Below are positions 1 to 9,424 of a DNA stretch of 64,000 nt, piece by piece. Source of the stretch: Candidatus Krumholzibacteriota bacterium (GTDB taxonomy: Bacteria; Krumholzibacteriota; Krumholzibacteriia; JAJRXK01); contig CAWDWO010000031.1 of assembly GCA_963806035.1 (NCBI GenBank), positions 32,001-96,000 of the forward strand, given 5' to 3'. The translations under genes were made by a program, and so were the position numbers. Positions within the stretch are counted from its first letter, which is position 1. Each line of letters starts with the position of its first letter. A model generated the notes under the pieces. That model had not been told where the DNA came from. It worked only from the letters and a program-made list of their open reading frames with translations, and searched no databases.

Positions 1-119
1 GCCAGCAGAGCGCGGCGGATCTCGCGCAGGCCTTCGGCCATGTTCTCTTCGCTGAGCTTCCCCTGACCGGAGAGGCTCTTGAAGACTCCTTCGAGTTTGG
101 ACTGCAGATCCTGGAACAT
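1..119 (-). CDS. ffh: Signal recognition particle protein Ffh, N-terminus (runs off the window edge)
   Basis: Manual translation of the minus strand from ATG at 119 gives MFQDLQSKLEGVFKSLSGQGKLSEENMAEGLREIRRALL, a typical Ffh N-domain. Absent from the ORF track because it is truncated. Confidence 0.9.
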   Translation of the reverse strand, partial: MFQDLQSKLEGVFKSLSGQGKLSEENMAEGLREIRRALL

Positions 120-225
120 GGTCACGAAAAATGGCTGGCGTAAAATTCCGACGCCGACCGGGGTGAGTGCATACGAACGCCCCGGCGGTAGAGCCGCAGA
201 GCGGGCAAAAAAGAATCAGCCTGGC

Positions 226-254
226 ACAATAGCAGCTCGGGGGGTCTCGCGCAA
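226..254 (-). promoter_or_regulatory. Putative sigma70 promoter for ffh
   Basis: Minus strand TTGCGC-N17-TATTGT with a TGn extended -10. Confidence 0.5.
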
Positions 255-302
255 GGCCGCGTCATACAAGGAGATCGCGCCCTGGCTGCCCCTGAGGACG
301 GC

Positions 303-953
303 TCAGGCCCCGCGCAGGCTCCGCGTAATGGCCGGGTAGTCCTGCGAGCCGAAGAAAGAGGACCCCGAGACCAGGATCTCCGCGCCGGCCTCGCGCGCCA
401 GAGGAGCCGTTTCGGCGTCGATTCCGCCGTCGATCTCCAGCACGCACCCGTGGCCGTCCGCCTCGCGCCAGGCCCGCAGCTGCTCGATTTTGGGCAAAAC
501 GCTGCGATCGAAGGCCTGACCGGCGAAACCGGGGTGCACCGACATCACCAGAAAGAGATCGCAGCTCGCGAAGAGGGCCCGATGCTCCCTCTCGCGCAGC
601 GGACTGGCGGGATTCAGGGCCAGGCCGGCCCTACCGCCCTTCTTCTGGATCTGCCGCACGATTGCGCCATGATCGAGGGGGAGCTCCAGGTGAAAGCTGA
701 CGCAGCTCACGCCCGCGTCCAAAAAGCGCATGGCATAGTCCAGCGGATCCTCCACCATCAGGTGACAGTCGACCGGAATCCGGCTCGTCTTGCAGATGGC
801 GCGCGCGAAATGGGGGCCGTAGCTGAGGTTGTCCACGAAGTGGCCATCCATGATATCCAGGTGGAAGAGATCGGCGCCCGCGTCCTGCGCGTCCTCCATT
901 TCCTCAGCGAGGTGCAGGAGGTCGGCCGAGAGCAGGGACGGCGCCACCGCCAC
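303..953 (-). CDS. rpe: Ribulose-phosphate 3-epimerase
   Basis: Motifs APSLLSAD, HLDIMDGHFV, DCHLMV, MSVHPGFAGQ, EIDGGI, LVSGS. Start GTG 953 preferred; the ORF extends to 989. Confidence 0.95.
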   Translation of the reverse strand: MAVAPSLLSADLLHLAEEMEDAQDAGADLFHLDIMDGHFVDNLSYGPHFARAICKTSRIPVDCHLMVEDPLDYAMRFLDAGVSCVSFHLELPLDHGAIVRQIQKKGGRAGLALNPASPLREREHRALFASCDLFLVMSVHPGFAGQAFDRSVLPKIEQLRAWREADGHGCVLEIDGGIDAETAPLAREAGAEILVSGSSFFGSQDYPAITRSLRGA

Positions 954-960
954 CTTGGGC

Positions 961-1686
961 TCAGTCCTGTTTGGAAGCCACCAGCTCAATGCTCCCCCCT
1001 CCCACGATGCGCGAGCCGGCCAGAGGCCACTGCTTGAGGATCGTGCCGGGAAACGAACCCGCGTCGGCGGCGTAGGTGATGCGGCGCAGCTCGAATCCGG
1101 CCGCGCTCAACTCCGCTCGAACTTTGACCAGGCTGCGGCCCACGAAGGAGGGCACCCGGTAGTATTCTCGCTCCCGTTCCTCGCGCAAAAGGACGTCCAC
1201 CACCGTACCACTCGGCACCTGCGCGCCCGGCTGCGGACGCTGCGCCGCGATGCCGATACGACCCACGGGATCGTAGGAGCGGGCCACCCTGCCAACTTTG
1301 AGGTTCTCCCGCAACAGCGAGATCTCGCACTGGCGCAGACTCATGCCCAAAAGGTCGGGGACGCGCGCGTAGGCTTCCCCCTTGCTCACCACCAGTCGGA
1401 TCTCCCGTCCTTTGCGCACCGAACGGAGCGCGCGGGGCGCTTGCTCGAGCACGATGCCCGGCGGGGTCTGGTCCTGATAGACCTCGTCCCCCACCTCGAC
1501 CGCCAGGCCAATCCGCTTGGCTTCCTCGCGGGCCTGCGCCAATGGCAGTCCTTTCAACTCGGGCACCAGAACCGCCTGCTGACGGTGAACCAACCAGGGA
1601 AGGAAAGTCGAGTTCGCGAGCACGATTCCCACGAAGATCGCCACCACGATCAACAGAAGCGTCATGAAGAAGCGTCCTACCGTCAC
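961..1686 (-). CDS. Membrane-anchored PASTA-domain protein (three PASTA repeats, no kinase domain)
   Basis: N-terminal TM helix, then three repeats beginning VPELKG, VPDLLG, VPSFVG. GTG 1686 overlaps the rsmB stop. Confidence 0.85.
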   Translation of the reverse strand: MTVGRFFMTLLLIVVAIFVGIVLANSTFLPWLVHRQQAVLVPELKGLPLAQAREEAKRIGLAVEVGDEVYQDQTPPGIVLEQAPRALRSVRKGREIRLVVSKGEAYARVPDLLGMSLRQCEISLLRENLKVGRVARSYDPVGRIGIAAQRPQPGAQVPSGTVVDVLLREEREREYYRVPSFVGRSLVKVRAELSAAGFELRRITYAADAGSFPGTILKQWPLAGSRIVGGGSIELVASKQD

Positions 1687-3065
1687 GACCCTGTCTCCTT
1701 GCGCGTGAGAACCGCGGCGAACGCGCCATCGCAACCGTGCAGATGCGGCCAGACGCGGAGTCGTCCGTCGTGCACGAGCTCTTTGGGAACGCGAGCCGGC
1801 ACTTGGAGTTCCACGAGGTCCTCACGCTCGGCGAGAACCGCGTCGACCACCGCCTCGTTCTCTTCACGCTCCAGCGAGCAGGTAGCGTACACGATGATGC
1901 CGCCGAAAGCACAGAGTTCAACCGCCGAGTTGAGCAGTTCGCGTTGCAAGCGCGGCAACTCGACGAGGTCGCTGGGCTTCCTGCGCCAACGGGCCTCGTG
2001 CCGCCGGGCCAGAACTCCGGTTCCACTGCAAGGCGCGTCCACCAGGACGGCGTCGAAGCTGCCCGGCAAGAGAGGCGGCCGTGTCCCGTCCGCCACCAGA
2101 GGCGCCAGGTTCGCAAGATCCAGCCGCCGCCGGGTGTCCAGGAGGCGCCGCATTCTGCTCAGCTGCGTATCGAGCGCCACCACCGTCGCCGACGGCCCGA
2201 AGCTCTCGGCCAGCTGGGCGGCTTTCCCGCCGGGAGCCGCGCACAGATCCAGGATCAGCCGGATCGAATCGTTCGTGAAGAGCGTAGGTACCAGCTGCGC
2301 TGCCTCGTCCTGGATCGTCACGAAGGGTCCGAGCTCGTCCAGCACGCGCGGAGCGGGCACCCTGCTCTCTAGAACCAGCGCGTTTTCGGCCCATCGTCCC
2401 GGCAGGAGCTTCCATTCACGTTCTTGCGCGGCGGCGATGATTCTCTCTCTGTCTTCTGCGCGGGTCCTCAGGACCAGGGGGGGCCGTCGGTTGTTCGCTT
2501 CGCACAGGGCGAGGAGCTGATCTGGGGGAAGAATCTCGGCCCAACGCTCCACCAGCCAACGTGGATGGCTGAGCCAGCTCAGCGCGTACTCTAGAGGATC
2601 CTCTTGCGCGGAGGGAAAATGCGCGCGGGGACCCTCGCGTGCGACCCGACGCAGAACCCCGTTCACGAATCCCGCCGCGTGCGCGCACTGCAGTGCGCGC
2701 GTCAGCTCGACGCACTGGGATACCACGGCATGCTGCGGGCTGCGCAACTCGCAGAGTTCGTGCAGTCCCAGCCAGAGTGCGACGCGGACGGGGGTCTGTG
2801 GAGCTTGCTTGGCCAGACGGCGCAGCAGGTAGTCATAGCGTCCGTGCAAGCGGACACAGCCATACACCAGTTCGCGGACTCGGCGCCGTTCCGCGGCGCG
2901 CGTGCGTGCGCTGGGCTGCGAAGCATCTTCCGATTCGAATTCGCTCAGAATCTCGCGCACGTAGCCCTTCTGCGAGAGCCATTGCAGGAGCACGCGCGCC
3001 GCGCGCAGACGCACCGGATCGAGGGATGCCGAGTGACGAGGCGAGGGTGCCTGGCGCGCACTCAT
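1683..3065 (-). CDS. rsmB: 16S rRNA m5C967 methyltransferase RsmB/Sun
   Basis: NusB-like N-terminus (GFVNGVLR), IQDEAAQL, DLCAAPGGK, VDAPCSGTG, YATCS..EENE. Confidence 0.93.
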   Translation of the reverse strand: MSARQAPSPRHSASLDPVRLRAARVLLQWLSQKGYVREILSEFESEDASQPSARTRAAERRRVRELVYGCVRLHGRYDYLLRRLAKQAPQTPVRVALWLGLHELCELRSPQHAVVSQCVELTRALQCAHAAGFVNGVLRRVAREGPRAHFPSAQEDPLEYALSWLSHPRWLVERWAEILPPDQLLALCEANNRRPPLVLRTRAEDRERIIAAAQEREWKLLPGRWAENALVLESRVPAPRVLDELGPFVTIQDEAAQLVPTLFTNDSIRLILDLCAAPGGKAAQLAESFGPSATVVALDTQLSRMRRLLDTRRRLDLANLAPLVADGTRPPLLPGSFDAVLVDAPCSGTGVLARRHEARWRRKPSDLVELPRLQRELLNSAVELCAFGGIIVYATCSLEREENEAVVDAVLAEREDLVELQVPARVPKELVHDGRLRVWPHLHGCDGAFAAVLTRKETGS

Positions 3066-3066
3066 C

Positions 3067-4026
3067 CTAGAGGCGGACCCGCGCGGGCACGTCCGCCAAA
3101 GGCGAGAGTTTGTCTCCCGCGCGCAGAGGAAAGCCGCGCGCGAACTGGAGAGGCGGCAAAAAACGGCCGCCCGCTCTCTGGACGAAATGAATTCGAACCG
3201 CCCCCTGCGCGCACCCGACGCTCATTCCCTCCTCGTCGATCGCGAGGATCTCACCGGCCTTGCCCTGAAGCTCGGGCAGCAGACGACTTCCTTTCAGCTT
3301 CAGGGTCTCCCCATCCCTGAAGACCGCCACTCCCGGCCAGGGACAGAGTCCGCGAATGCGATCGTGGACCTCCTGTGCACTTCGCGCGAAATCCACCGTG
3401 CCCTCTTCTTTGCGCAGCATCGGGGCAATGGTCACCCCTTCGCTCGCCTGAGGCCGGGGGGCGAGTCCTCGCGACTGAATTTCGTCGATCGTGTGCAGCA
3501 GGAGCTGCGCTCCCAATACGGCAAGCCGGTCGTGAAGCTCGCCCGCGGTTTCCTCGGGCCCGATCCGGGTTTCCTTTTGCGCGTAGACGGGGCCGGTGTC
3601 CATCCCCTTTTCCAAGCGCATGGTGCACACTCCGGTCCGCTCGTCGCCGGCAATGATCGCGCGATGGATGGGTGCCGCGCCGCGCCAGCGCGGAAGCAAG
3701 GAAGCGTGGACATTCAGGCAACCCAGAGAGGGGCCGTGCAAGAGGGGTTCACGAATGAGATGACCGAATGCAACCACCACCGCGAGCTGCGGCGAACAGT
3801 CGAGAATTTGTCGGTAGGCTTCCTGGCGGGCTTTGGGCTGCAAAGCCATGTCCCGCAGACCCAGTTCTTTCGCGCGCCGTCGGACCGGAGTGGGAAGAGG
3901 GGTACGCCCGCGTCCTCTCGCCTTGTCCGGCTGCGTCACCACCAACGCGAGTTCGTGACCAGCCCGGACGAGAGCTTCCAGAGAGGGGATCGCGAACTCG
4001 GGAGAACCGAGGAAGACGAGACGCAC
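3067..4026 (-). CDS. fmt: Methionyl-tRNA formyltransferase
   Basis: LVFLGSPEFA, VVTQPDK, LNVHASLLPRWRGAAPI, GMDTGP. Confidence 0.97.
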   Translation of the reverse strand: MRLVFLGSPEFAIPSLEALVRAGHELALVVTQPDKARGRGRTPLPTPVRRRAKELGLRDMALQPKARQEAYRQILDCSPQLAVVVAFGHLIREPLLHGPSLGCLNVHASLLPRWRGAAPIHRAIIAGDERTGVCTMRLEKGMDTGPVYAQKETRIGPEETAGELHDRLAVLGAQLLLHTIDEIQSRGLAPRPQASEGVTIAPMLRKEEGTVDFARSAQEVHDRIRGLCPWPGVAVFRDGETLKLKGSRLLPELQGKAGEILAIDEEGMSVGCAQGAVRIHFVQRAGGRFLPPLQFARGFPLRAGDKLSPLADVPARVRL

Positions 4027-4028
4027 GA

Positions 4029-4547
4029 TCAGCCGGCTTTCGACTTGCGCGAAAGAGATTTGAGCTTTTTGGCCAGGAGCTTTCGTTTGAGCATGGGCAG
4101 ATGATCCACGAAGAGGACCCCTTCCAGATGATCGAACTCGTGCTGGACGATGCGCGCGAGAAGGCCGTCGTCGCTGAGTTCACAACTCCTTCCGTTGAGA
4201 TCCTGATACACCGCTTCGATCCGCACGGGGCGCTCCACGTCGGCCGTGATGCCCGGAAGCGAGAGGCAGCCCTCGCTGAAGGAGGCGCGCTCGGAACTGA
4301 GGAAGGTCAATTCTGGATTCACCAGGGGGAGAATGCGCGGCCAACCGTCACGCTCGTCCCGGGCGATGAGCATGCGTAGATCCCGGCCCACTTGAGGCGC
4401 GGCGAGACCGATTCCATCCTCGCGCATCATGGCCTGGATCATTCCGTCGCAGAGCTCGCGCAGCTCGTCGTCGAAGCGCTCCACCGGCCGGCAGGTGGAA
4501 CGCAGAATCTCGCTCCCGTAGAGATAGATCTCCAGTTCGTCGCTCAT
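4029..4547 (-). CDS. def: Peptide deformylase
   Basis: GIGLAAPQVG, EGCLS, QHEFDHLEG. Confidence 0.97.
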   Translation of the reverse strand: MSDELEIYLYGSEILRSTCRPVERFDDELRELCDGMIQAMMREDGIGLAAPQVGRDLRMLIARDERDGWPRILPLVNPELTFLSSERASFSEGCLSLPGITADVERPVRIEAVYQDLNGRSCELSDDGLLARIVQHEFDHLEGVLFVDHLPMLKRKLLAKKLKSLSRKSKAG

Positions 4548-4566
4548 CGTGCCTCTCTGGAAACTC

Positions 4567-4914
4567 TCAATTCTTCTCGCTCACCACACCCGCCACCGAA
4601 CCCCGGGAGATCTCCACCTTCACTCCTTCGCCGATGGTGGCCACGATGATGCCGCGATCTTCTTTCACGTTGAGCACGGTCGCATGCAGTCCGCCGTTGG
4701 TAATGATGCGATCTCCCTTCCTCAACGAAGCCAGCATCGCCTTGTGTTCCTTCTGGCGCTTGGCTTGGGGCCGCCACATCAAAAAATAGAAAATGAGCAG
4801 AAACGCGAGAAAAAGCGGCATCATCGACCAGGGTGACGCCGACTGACCTCCCTGGGGAGGCGCCGAAAACGCGGGAACGAGGACGGCGAGGGACGCAGTA
4901 TGAATAGGGCTCAA
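4567..4914 (-). CDS. yajC: Preprotein translocase subunit YajC
   Basis: FYFLMWRPQAKRQKEH, LRKGDRIITNGGL; follows tgt; GGAGG RBS. Confidence 0.93.
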   Translation of the reverse strand: MSPIHTASLAVLVPAFSAPPQGGQSASPWSMMPLFLAFLLIFYFLMWRPQAKRQKEHKAMLASLRKGDRIITNGGLHATVLNVKEDRGIIVATIGEGVKVEISRGSVAGVVSEKN

Positions 4915-4943
4915 GAGCCACCTCCAGAACAGGGTTTGCGCTC

Positions 4944-4972
4944 AGTCTAGGTGTGCGTGGAATTTCAGGCAA
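4944..4972 (-). promoter_or_regulatory. Putative sigma70 promoter for yajC-def-fmt
   Basis: Minus strand TTGCCT-N17-TAGACT. Confidence 0.5.
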
Positions 4973-5037
4973 GCTCACACCGGACCCAAGAGCCGCGGCC
5001 CGGCGCGCCTACGATGAGTGCCGGAGCATGGCTTCAA

Positions 5038-6183
5038 TCAGGGCACACGCCCGTTCTCCGCCTGATAGCGGGTCAGAAAGCTCGTCCGATACTCAGCCAG
5101 CGCGCCCTTCTGCACGGCCTGCCGGATCTCAGCCATGAGAGTCTGATAAAACGTGAGATTGTGCAGGGTGCAGAGCACCGGCCCGAGAATCTCTCCGGCG
5201 ATGGTGAGATGCCGCAGGTATGCGCGCGTGTGCTTCTGGCAGGCCAAACACGAGCAGCCCTCTTCGAGCGGACGCTCATCGGACGCGAATCTCGCGTTGC
5301 GCAATGCTAGCCGTCCCTCGTGGGTCATGAGCGTACCGTTGCGCGCCATCCGGGTGGGCAGGACACAGTCGAACATGTCCACCCCGCCTTCGACCGCGGC
5401 CAGAATGTCCTCGGGGAAGCCCACCCCCATGAGGTAACGGGGCTTCTCTTGCGGAAGCAGTGCCGCGCTGAAAGCGCTCAGGCGATGCAGATCCTCCTTG
5501 CTCTCGCCCACCGAGAGGCCCCCTATCGCATAGCCGGGAAAGTCCAGAGCTGTCAGTTCGCGGGCGCTGCGCTCGCGCTGGGACTTCGAAACGCCTCCCT
5601 GCATGATCCCGAACAACACTTGCTCGTGTCCTGCTTCGTTTCTGCGACGCGGACCGAACGCCTTCAGACAGCGTTGCGCCCAGCGCGTGGTCCGGCTCAC
5701 GGCCTCCTCGACCAGCTGTTCCGCGGCGGGAAGTGCCACACAGTGGTCGAAGGCCATCACCACGTCGGCGCCCAGAGCGGCCTGGATCTCCATGCTGGAT
5801 TCGGGGCTGAGGAAATGCTCGGAACCATCCAGGTGGGAGCGAAAGCGCACGCCCTCCTCGCTGAGACGATTCAAATCCGAGAGAGAGAAGACCTGGAACC
5901 CGCCGCTGTCGGTGAGCATCGAGCCGTCGTAGGCCATGAAGCGATGCAGTCCACCCAGCTCCTGAATGCGCTGATGGGTGGGCCTGAGGTACAGGTGGTA
6001 GGTGTTCGCGAGGATCATGCGAGCCCCCGTGCTCGCCAGCTGGTCCACCGTGAGACCCTTGACCGTGGCCTGTGTTCCCACCGGCATGAAGACCGGAGTC
6101 TCGACGATCCCGTGGTCGGTATGCAGACGTCCGCGTCGAGCCGCGCCGTCGCTGGCCAGTACTTCGAAGGAAAATCCGCTCAT
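5038..6183 (-). CDS. tgt: Queuine tRNA-guanine transglycosylase
   Basis: TPVFMPVGT, LANTYHL, TDSGGFQVFSL, DMFDCVLPTR, Zn site CSCLAC..H. Confidence 0.97.
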   Translation of the reverse strand: MSGFSFEVLASDGAARRGRLHTDHGIVETPVFMPVGTQATVKGLTVDQLASTGARMILANTYHLYLRPTHQRIQELGGLHRFMAYDGSMLTDSGGFQVFSLSDLNRLSEEGVRFRSHLDGSEHFLSPESSMEIQAALGADVVMAFDHCVALPAAEQLVEEAVSRTTRWAQRCLKAFGPRRRNEAGHEQVLFGIMQGGVSKSQRERSARELTALDFPGYAIGGLSVGESKEDLHRLSAFSAALLPQEKPRYLMGVGFPEDILAAVEGGVDMFDCVLPTRMARNGTLMTHEGRLALRNARFASDERPLEEGCSCLACQKHTRAYLRHLTIAGEILGPVLCTLHNLTFYQTLMAEIRQAVQKGALAEYRTSFLTRYQAENGRVP

Positions 6184-7235
6184 CGCGCGCCCGACCTCTC
6201 GATCCAGTTGGCGTCTCCGTAGGAATAAAAACGATAGTCATGGCGCAGGGCATGAGCATAGGCCTCGCGCCAGCGCTCGCCCGCGAAAGCCGCGACCAGC
6301 AGCAAGAGGCTGCTCTTGGGCAGATGGAAGTTGGTCAGGAGCACGTCCACCCAGCGAAAGCGGTGACCGGGACGAATGAAGAGAGAGGTCGTGCCTGACA
6401 CCTCTTTCTCCGGCTCCGCGGGCAGACTCTCGAGGCTGCGGCAGGCAGTGGTTCCCACCGCGACCACGCGCCCACCGCGAGCGCGACACCGCTTCACGGC
6501 CTCCACTGTTTTTCGGGGCACCAGGTAGCGCTCGGCGTGGAGGGAGCCGCGGCGCAGCTCATCTTCACTCAAGGGTAGAAAGGTGCCCGGACCCACGTGC
6601 AGCGTCACGAAAGCCCGCTGCACCCCCTTTTCGTCCAGTGCGGCGAGAAGATCCTCATCGAAGTGGAGCCCGGCGGTGGGAGCCGCCACCGATCCCGTCT
6701 CCTTCGCGAACACCGTCTGGTAGCGTTCGCTATCCGCCTCGTCATCCGCGCGTTGGATGTAGGGAGGCAGGGGGACGTGTCCGTGGCGCTGCGCATAGTC
6801 CAGCGGGGAGCGACCGTCTTCGAGCCAAACGCGTCGCATGCCGCGTTCGAGACGCTCCCCCACCACCATTTCGCCTCCCCCCTCCAGCAGGACCTCGGTT
6901 CCCGGCGCAAGACGGCGACCCGGCCGGACCAGGGCCGACCAACTTCGAACGGGCGCTGAATCGGGCGCGGGATCGGTCAAGAGGATCTCAACTCTCGCTG
7001 ACCCGCCCTTCTTCTTTCCGTAGAGTCGAGCGGGAAAGACCTTAGTATCGTTGAGCACGAGAAGGTCGGAGGGTGCGAGCAGATGCTTCAGGTCCTGGAT
7101 CGTGCCGTCCTGGAATGCTCCCTTAGCTTCCCAAACGAGAAGTTTGGCATCGTGGCGCCGCGCGAGAGGACGCTGGGCGATCTTCTCCTGGGGAAGATCG
7201 AAGTCGTAGGCAGCGAGTTCGTCAGCGGGTGGCAT
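6180..7235 (-). CDS. queA: SAM:tRNA ribosyltransferase-isomerase
   Basis: YDFDLPQEKIAQRP, LVLNDTKV, PLPPYI, YQTVFA, AAPTAGLHF, TNFHLPKS, YRFYSYGDA. ATG 7235 overlaps the ruvB stop (TGATG). Confidence 0.96.
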   Translation of the reverse strand: MPPADELAAYDFDLPQEKIAQRPLARRHDAKLLVWEAKGAFQDGTIQDLKHLLAPSDLLVLNDTKVFPARLYGKKKGGSARVEILLTDPAPDSAPVRSWSALVRPGRRLAPGTEVLLEGGGEMVVGERLERGMRRVWLEDGRSPLDYAQRHGHVPLPPYIQRADDEADSERYQTVFAKETGSVAAPTAGLHFDEDLLAALDEKGVQRAFVTLHVGPGTFLPLSEDELRRGSLHAERYLVPRKTVEAVKRCRARGGRVVAVGTTACRSLESLPAEPEKEVSGTTSLFIRPGHRFRWVDVLLTNFHLPKSSLLLLVAAFAGERWREAYAHALRHDYRFYSYGDANWIERSGAR

Positions 7236-8269
7236 CAGAAGAGATCGGGCTCTCTCTGTTGCGCCGGCACCGCAAGGCCCAGGTGCTGAAAAGCCTTGGG
7301 CGTGGCCATGCGGCCACGGGAAGTCCGGTGCACGAGGCCCTCCTGGATGAGGAAGGGCTCCACCACGTCCTCCAAGGTATCGCTCTCCTCGCCCAGGCTG
7401 ACGGCGAGAGTCGACAGGCCCACCGGGCCTCCCTGGAAGTCGCTCGTGATCACTCGCAAGTACGAGCGATCCAGATTTTCCAATCCCAGATGGTCCACCT
7501 CGAGCAATTCCAGCGCGCGTTGCACGATTCCGCGATCCACGGAACGATGCCCTTCGACCTGCGCGACGTCCCGCACGCGCCGCAGGATGCGATTCGCCAC
7601 CCGGGGCGTTCCGCGGCTCCGGCGCGCGATCTCGATGGTGCCATCCTCGCTCAGCTCCATCTCGAGCAGCTTGGCGCTGCGAGCCACGATCCGCGCGAGC
7701 TCCGCCGGAGGGTAAAACTCCAGATGCAGCACGATCCCGAAACGCGATCGCAGGGCCGGGGTCAAGAGTCCCGCGCGCGTCGTCGCGCCCACCAGAGTGA
7801 AGGGCTCCAAATCGAGCTGGTAATGGCGCGCGGCGGGACCCTTGTCGATGACCAGTTCGACGCGAAAGTCCTCCATCGCCGGATAGAGATGCTCCTCCAC
7901 CACGCGGTTCAGCCGGTGGATCTCGTCGACGAAAACACATTGCCGGCCTTCGTCACGAGTCAGAATGGAGAGAAGCTCTGCTCCATTGCTGAAGGCGGGG
8001 CCGCTCGTGACGCGCAATTGCGCGCCCAATTCCTTGGCCACGATGCCCGCCAGAGTGGTCTTGCCCAGGCCGGGAGGGCCGTGCAGAAGCAGATGGTCCA
8101 GAGCTTCCCCCCGCTCCTTTGCGGCCCGGATGAAGAGGGCGAGCTGCACCTTCAAGCGCTCTTGACCGATGAACTCCGCCAGACTCTGCGGTCTCAATGC
8201 CCGGTCTTTTTCGGCTTCACCGCCGGGCTGTGGACGCGGGTCGGTGAGTCTCTCCTTCGGCTCCATCAC
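7235..8269 (-). CDS. ruvB: Holliday junction branch migration helicase RuvB
   Basis: LRPQSLAEFIGQ, GPPGLGKTT, DEIHRL, YPAMEDF, RSRGTPR. Confidence 0.97.
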   Translation of the reverse strand: MMEPKERLTDPRPQPGGEAEKDRALRPQSLAEFIGQERLKVQLALFIRAAKERGEALDHLLLHGPPGLGKTTLAGIVAKELGAQLRVTSGPAFSNGAELLSILTRDEGRQCVFVDEIHRLNRVVEEHLYPAMEDFRVELVIDKGPAARHYQLDLEPFTLVGATTRAGLLTPALRSRFGIVLHLEFYPPAELARIVARSAKLLEMELSEDGTIEIARRSRGTPRVANRILRRVRDVAQVEGHRSVDRGIVQRALELLEVDHLGLENLDRSYLRVITSDFQGGPVGLSTLAVSLGEESDTLEDVVEPFLIQEGLVHRTSRGRMATPKAFQHLGLAVPAQQREPDLF

Positions 8270-8288
8270 ATCTTCCTCGGCTGACTCT

Positions 8289-8882
8289 CTAAATGGCTAC
8301 TGCGCGCAGAGCGCGTCGCACGATTTCCTCCACCGGCGCATTCTCCCTCTCCTGTAGCGTCAAGCTGCCGACGGCACGCCGGGCGGCCTCCAGGCTCAGT
8401 CCCATGCCCAGAAGGGCAAGGGTCGCCTCCTCGTCCGAACTCGCCTTGCCCTGGGGCGATCCCGGGTAGTTCGCGATGGGAGAGATCTCGCGATCGCGCA
8501 ACTCGACGACGAGACGTTCGGCCGTCTTCTTGCCCACTCCCTTGATCCGGGTCAAGGGCGCCGCATCGCCCCGCCGCGCTCCGTCCAGAATGAGTTGGAA
8601 ATCCTCATCACCCAGGATGGCCAGGGCGAGCTTGGGCCCCACTCCACTGATCGAGAGGAGCGCCTTGAAGATCTCTCGCTCCGAGGGACTGAAGAAGCCG
8701 TAGAGCGTCAGGTCGTCCTCACGAACGTGGAGGTGCGTGTAGAGCTTCACCTCGTGCCCCACCGGGGGCAGCCGGCGCCGCAGACGCTCGGGGACCAAAA
8801 TTGCGTAACCCACGCCGCCGTCGGACACGACGACGGTCTCACTGGAGACATCCTCCAGGCGTCCCGCGATGAATGCGTACAT
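8289..8882 (-). CDS. ruvA: Holliday junction branch migration protein RuvA
   Basis: GVGYAI, HVREDDLTLYGF, SGVGPKLA, KGVGKKTAERL; start ATG 8882. Confidence 0.95.
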   Translation of the reverse strand: MYAFIAGRLEDVSSETVVVSDGGVGYAILVPERLRRRLPPVGHEVKLYTHLHVREDDLTLYGFFSPSEREIFKALLSISGVGPKLALAILGDEDFQLILDGARRGDAAPLTRIKGVGKKTAERLVVELRDREISPIANYPGSPQGKASSDEEATLALLGMGLSLEAARRAVGSLTLQERENAPVEEIVRRALRAVAI

Positions 8883-8899
8883 TGGACCTCCAGAGGAAT

Positions 8900-9424
8900 T
8901 CAAGCTCCGAGCCGGCCCGCCAAACTCCGCCTGGTCTGCAGGTTGGCCGCGTGACAGATGGCCATGGCGAGTGCGTCCGTGCTGTCGGGCTCCTTCTCGT
9001 CCACCTCGACGCCCAAAAGACGCGAGACCATGCTCGCCACCTGCGCCTTGCTCGCCCGGCCGTTCCCCGTGACGGCCTTTTTGATCTCAGCCGGCGCGTA
9101 CTCCGCGAGCTGATATCCGCGTTGCCCAACCGCCAGCAGGATGATCCCCCGTGCCTGCCCCAGGGTCAACGCCGAGGCTTGGTTCTTGGCCACGAAAACC
9201 CGCTCGATGGCGACTTCGACCGCTGACGCGCTCTCAGAGCCGCAAGATTCCTCCAGAAGCTCGCACAGACGAGCGTGCAGGAAAGCGAGACGCTGGTGCA
9301 GCGGCTTGCCAGTCGGGGCCTTCAGGGTGCCGTGAGTCAGGTGCTTCAACTTGCTGCCGTCGGATTCGATCACGGCGTAGCCCATCCGCTGGCTTCCCGG
9401 ATCGAGGCCGACGATCAAGCTCAT
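8900..9424 (-). CDS. ruvC: Crossover junction endodeoxyribonuclease RuvC
   Basis: GLDPGS, AIERVF, LGQARG, KKAVTGNGRASKAQV, DSTDALA. Confidence 0.96.
   Translation of the reverse strand: MSLIVGLDPGSQRMGYAVIESDGSKLKHLTHGTLKAPTGKPLHQRLAFLHARLCELLEESCGSESASAVEVAIERVFVAKNQASALTLGQARGIILLAVGQRGYQLAEYAPAEIKKAVTGNGRASKAQVASMVSRLLGVEVDEKEPDSTDALAMAICHAANLQTRRSLAGRLGA

Noticed and set aside
120..300. SRP RNA or terminator upstream of ffh
   Set aside because: No SRP domain IV consensus recognised; the T-tract lies on the wrong side of the hairpin for a minus-strand terminator.
7236..7940. Long N-terminal extension of the queA ORF through ruvB (possible frameshift fusion)
   Set aside because: Extension is Arg/Gly-rich off-frame sequence; a TGATG stop-start overlap explains the coupling.
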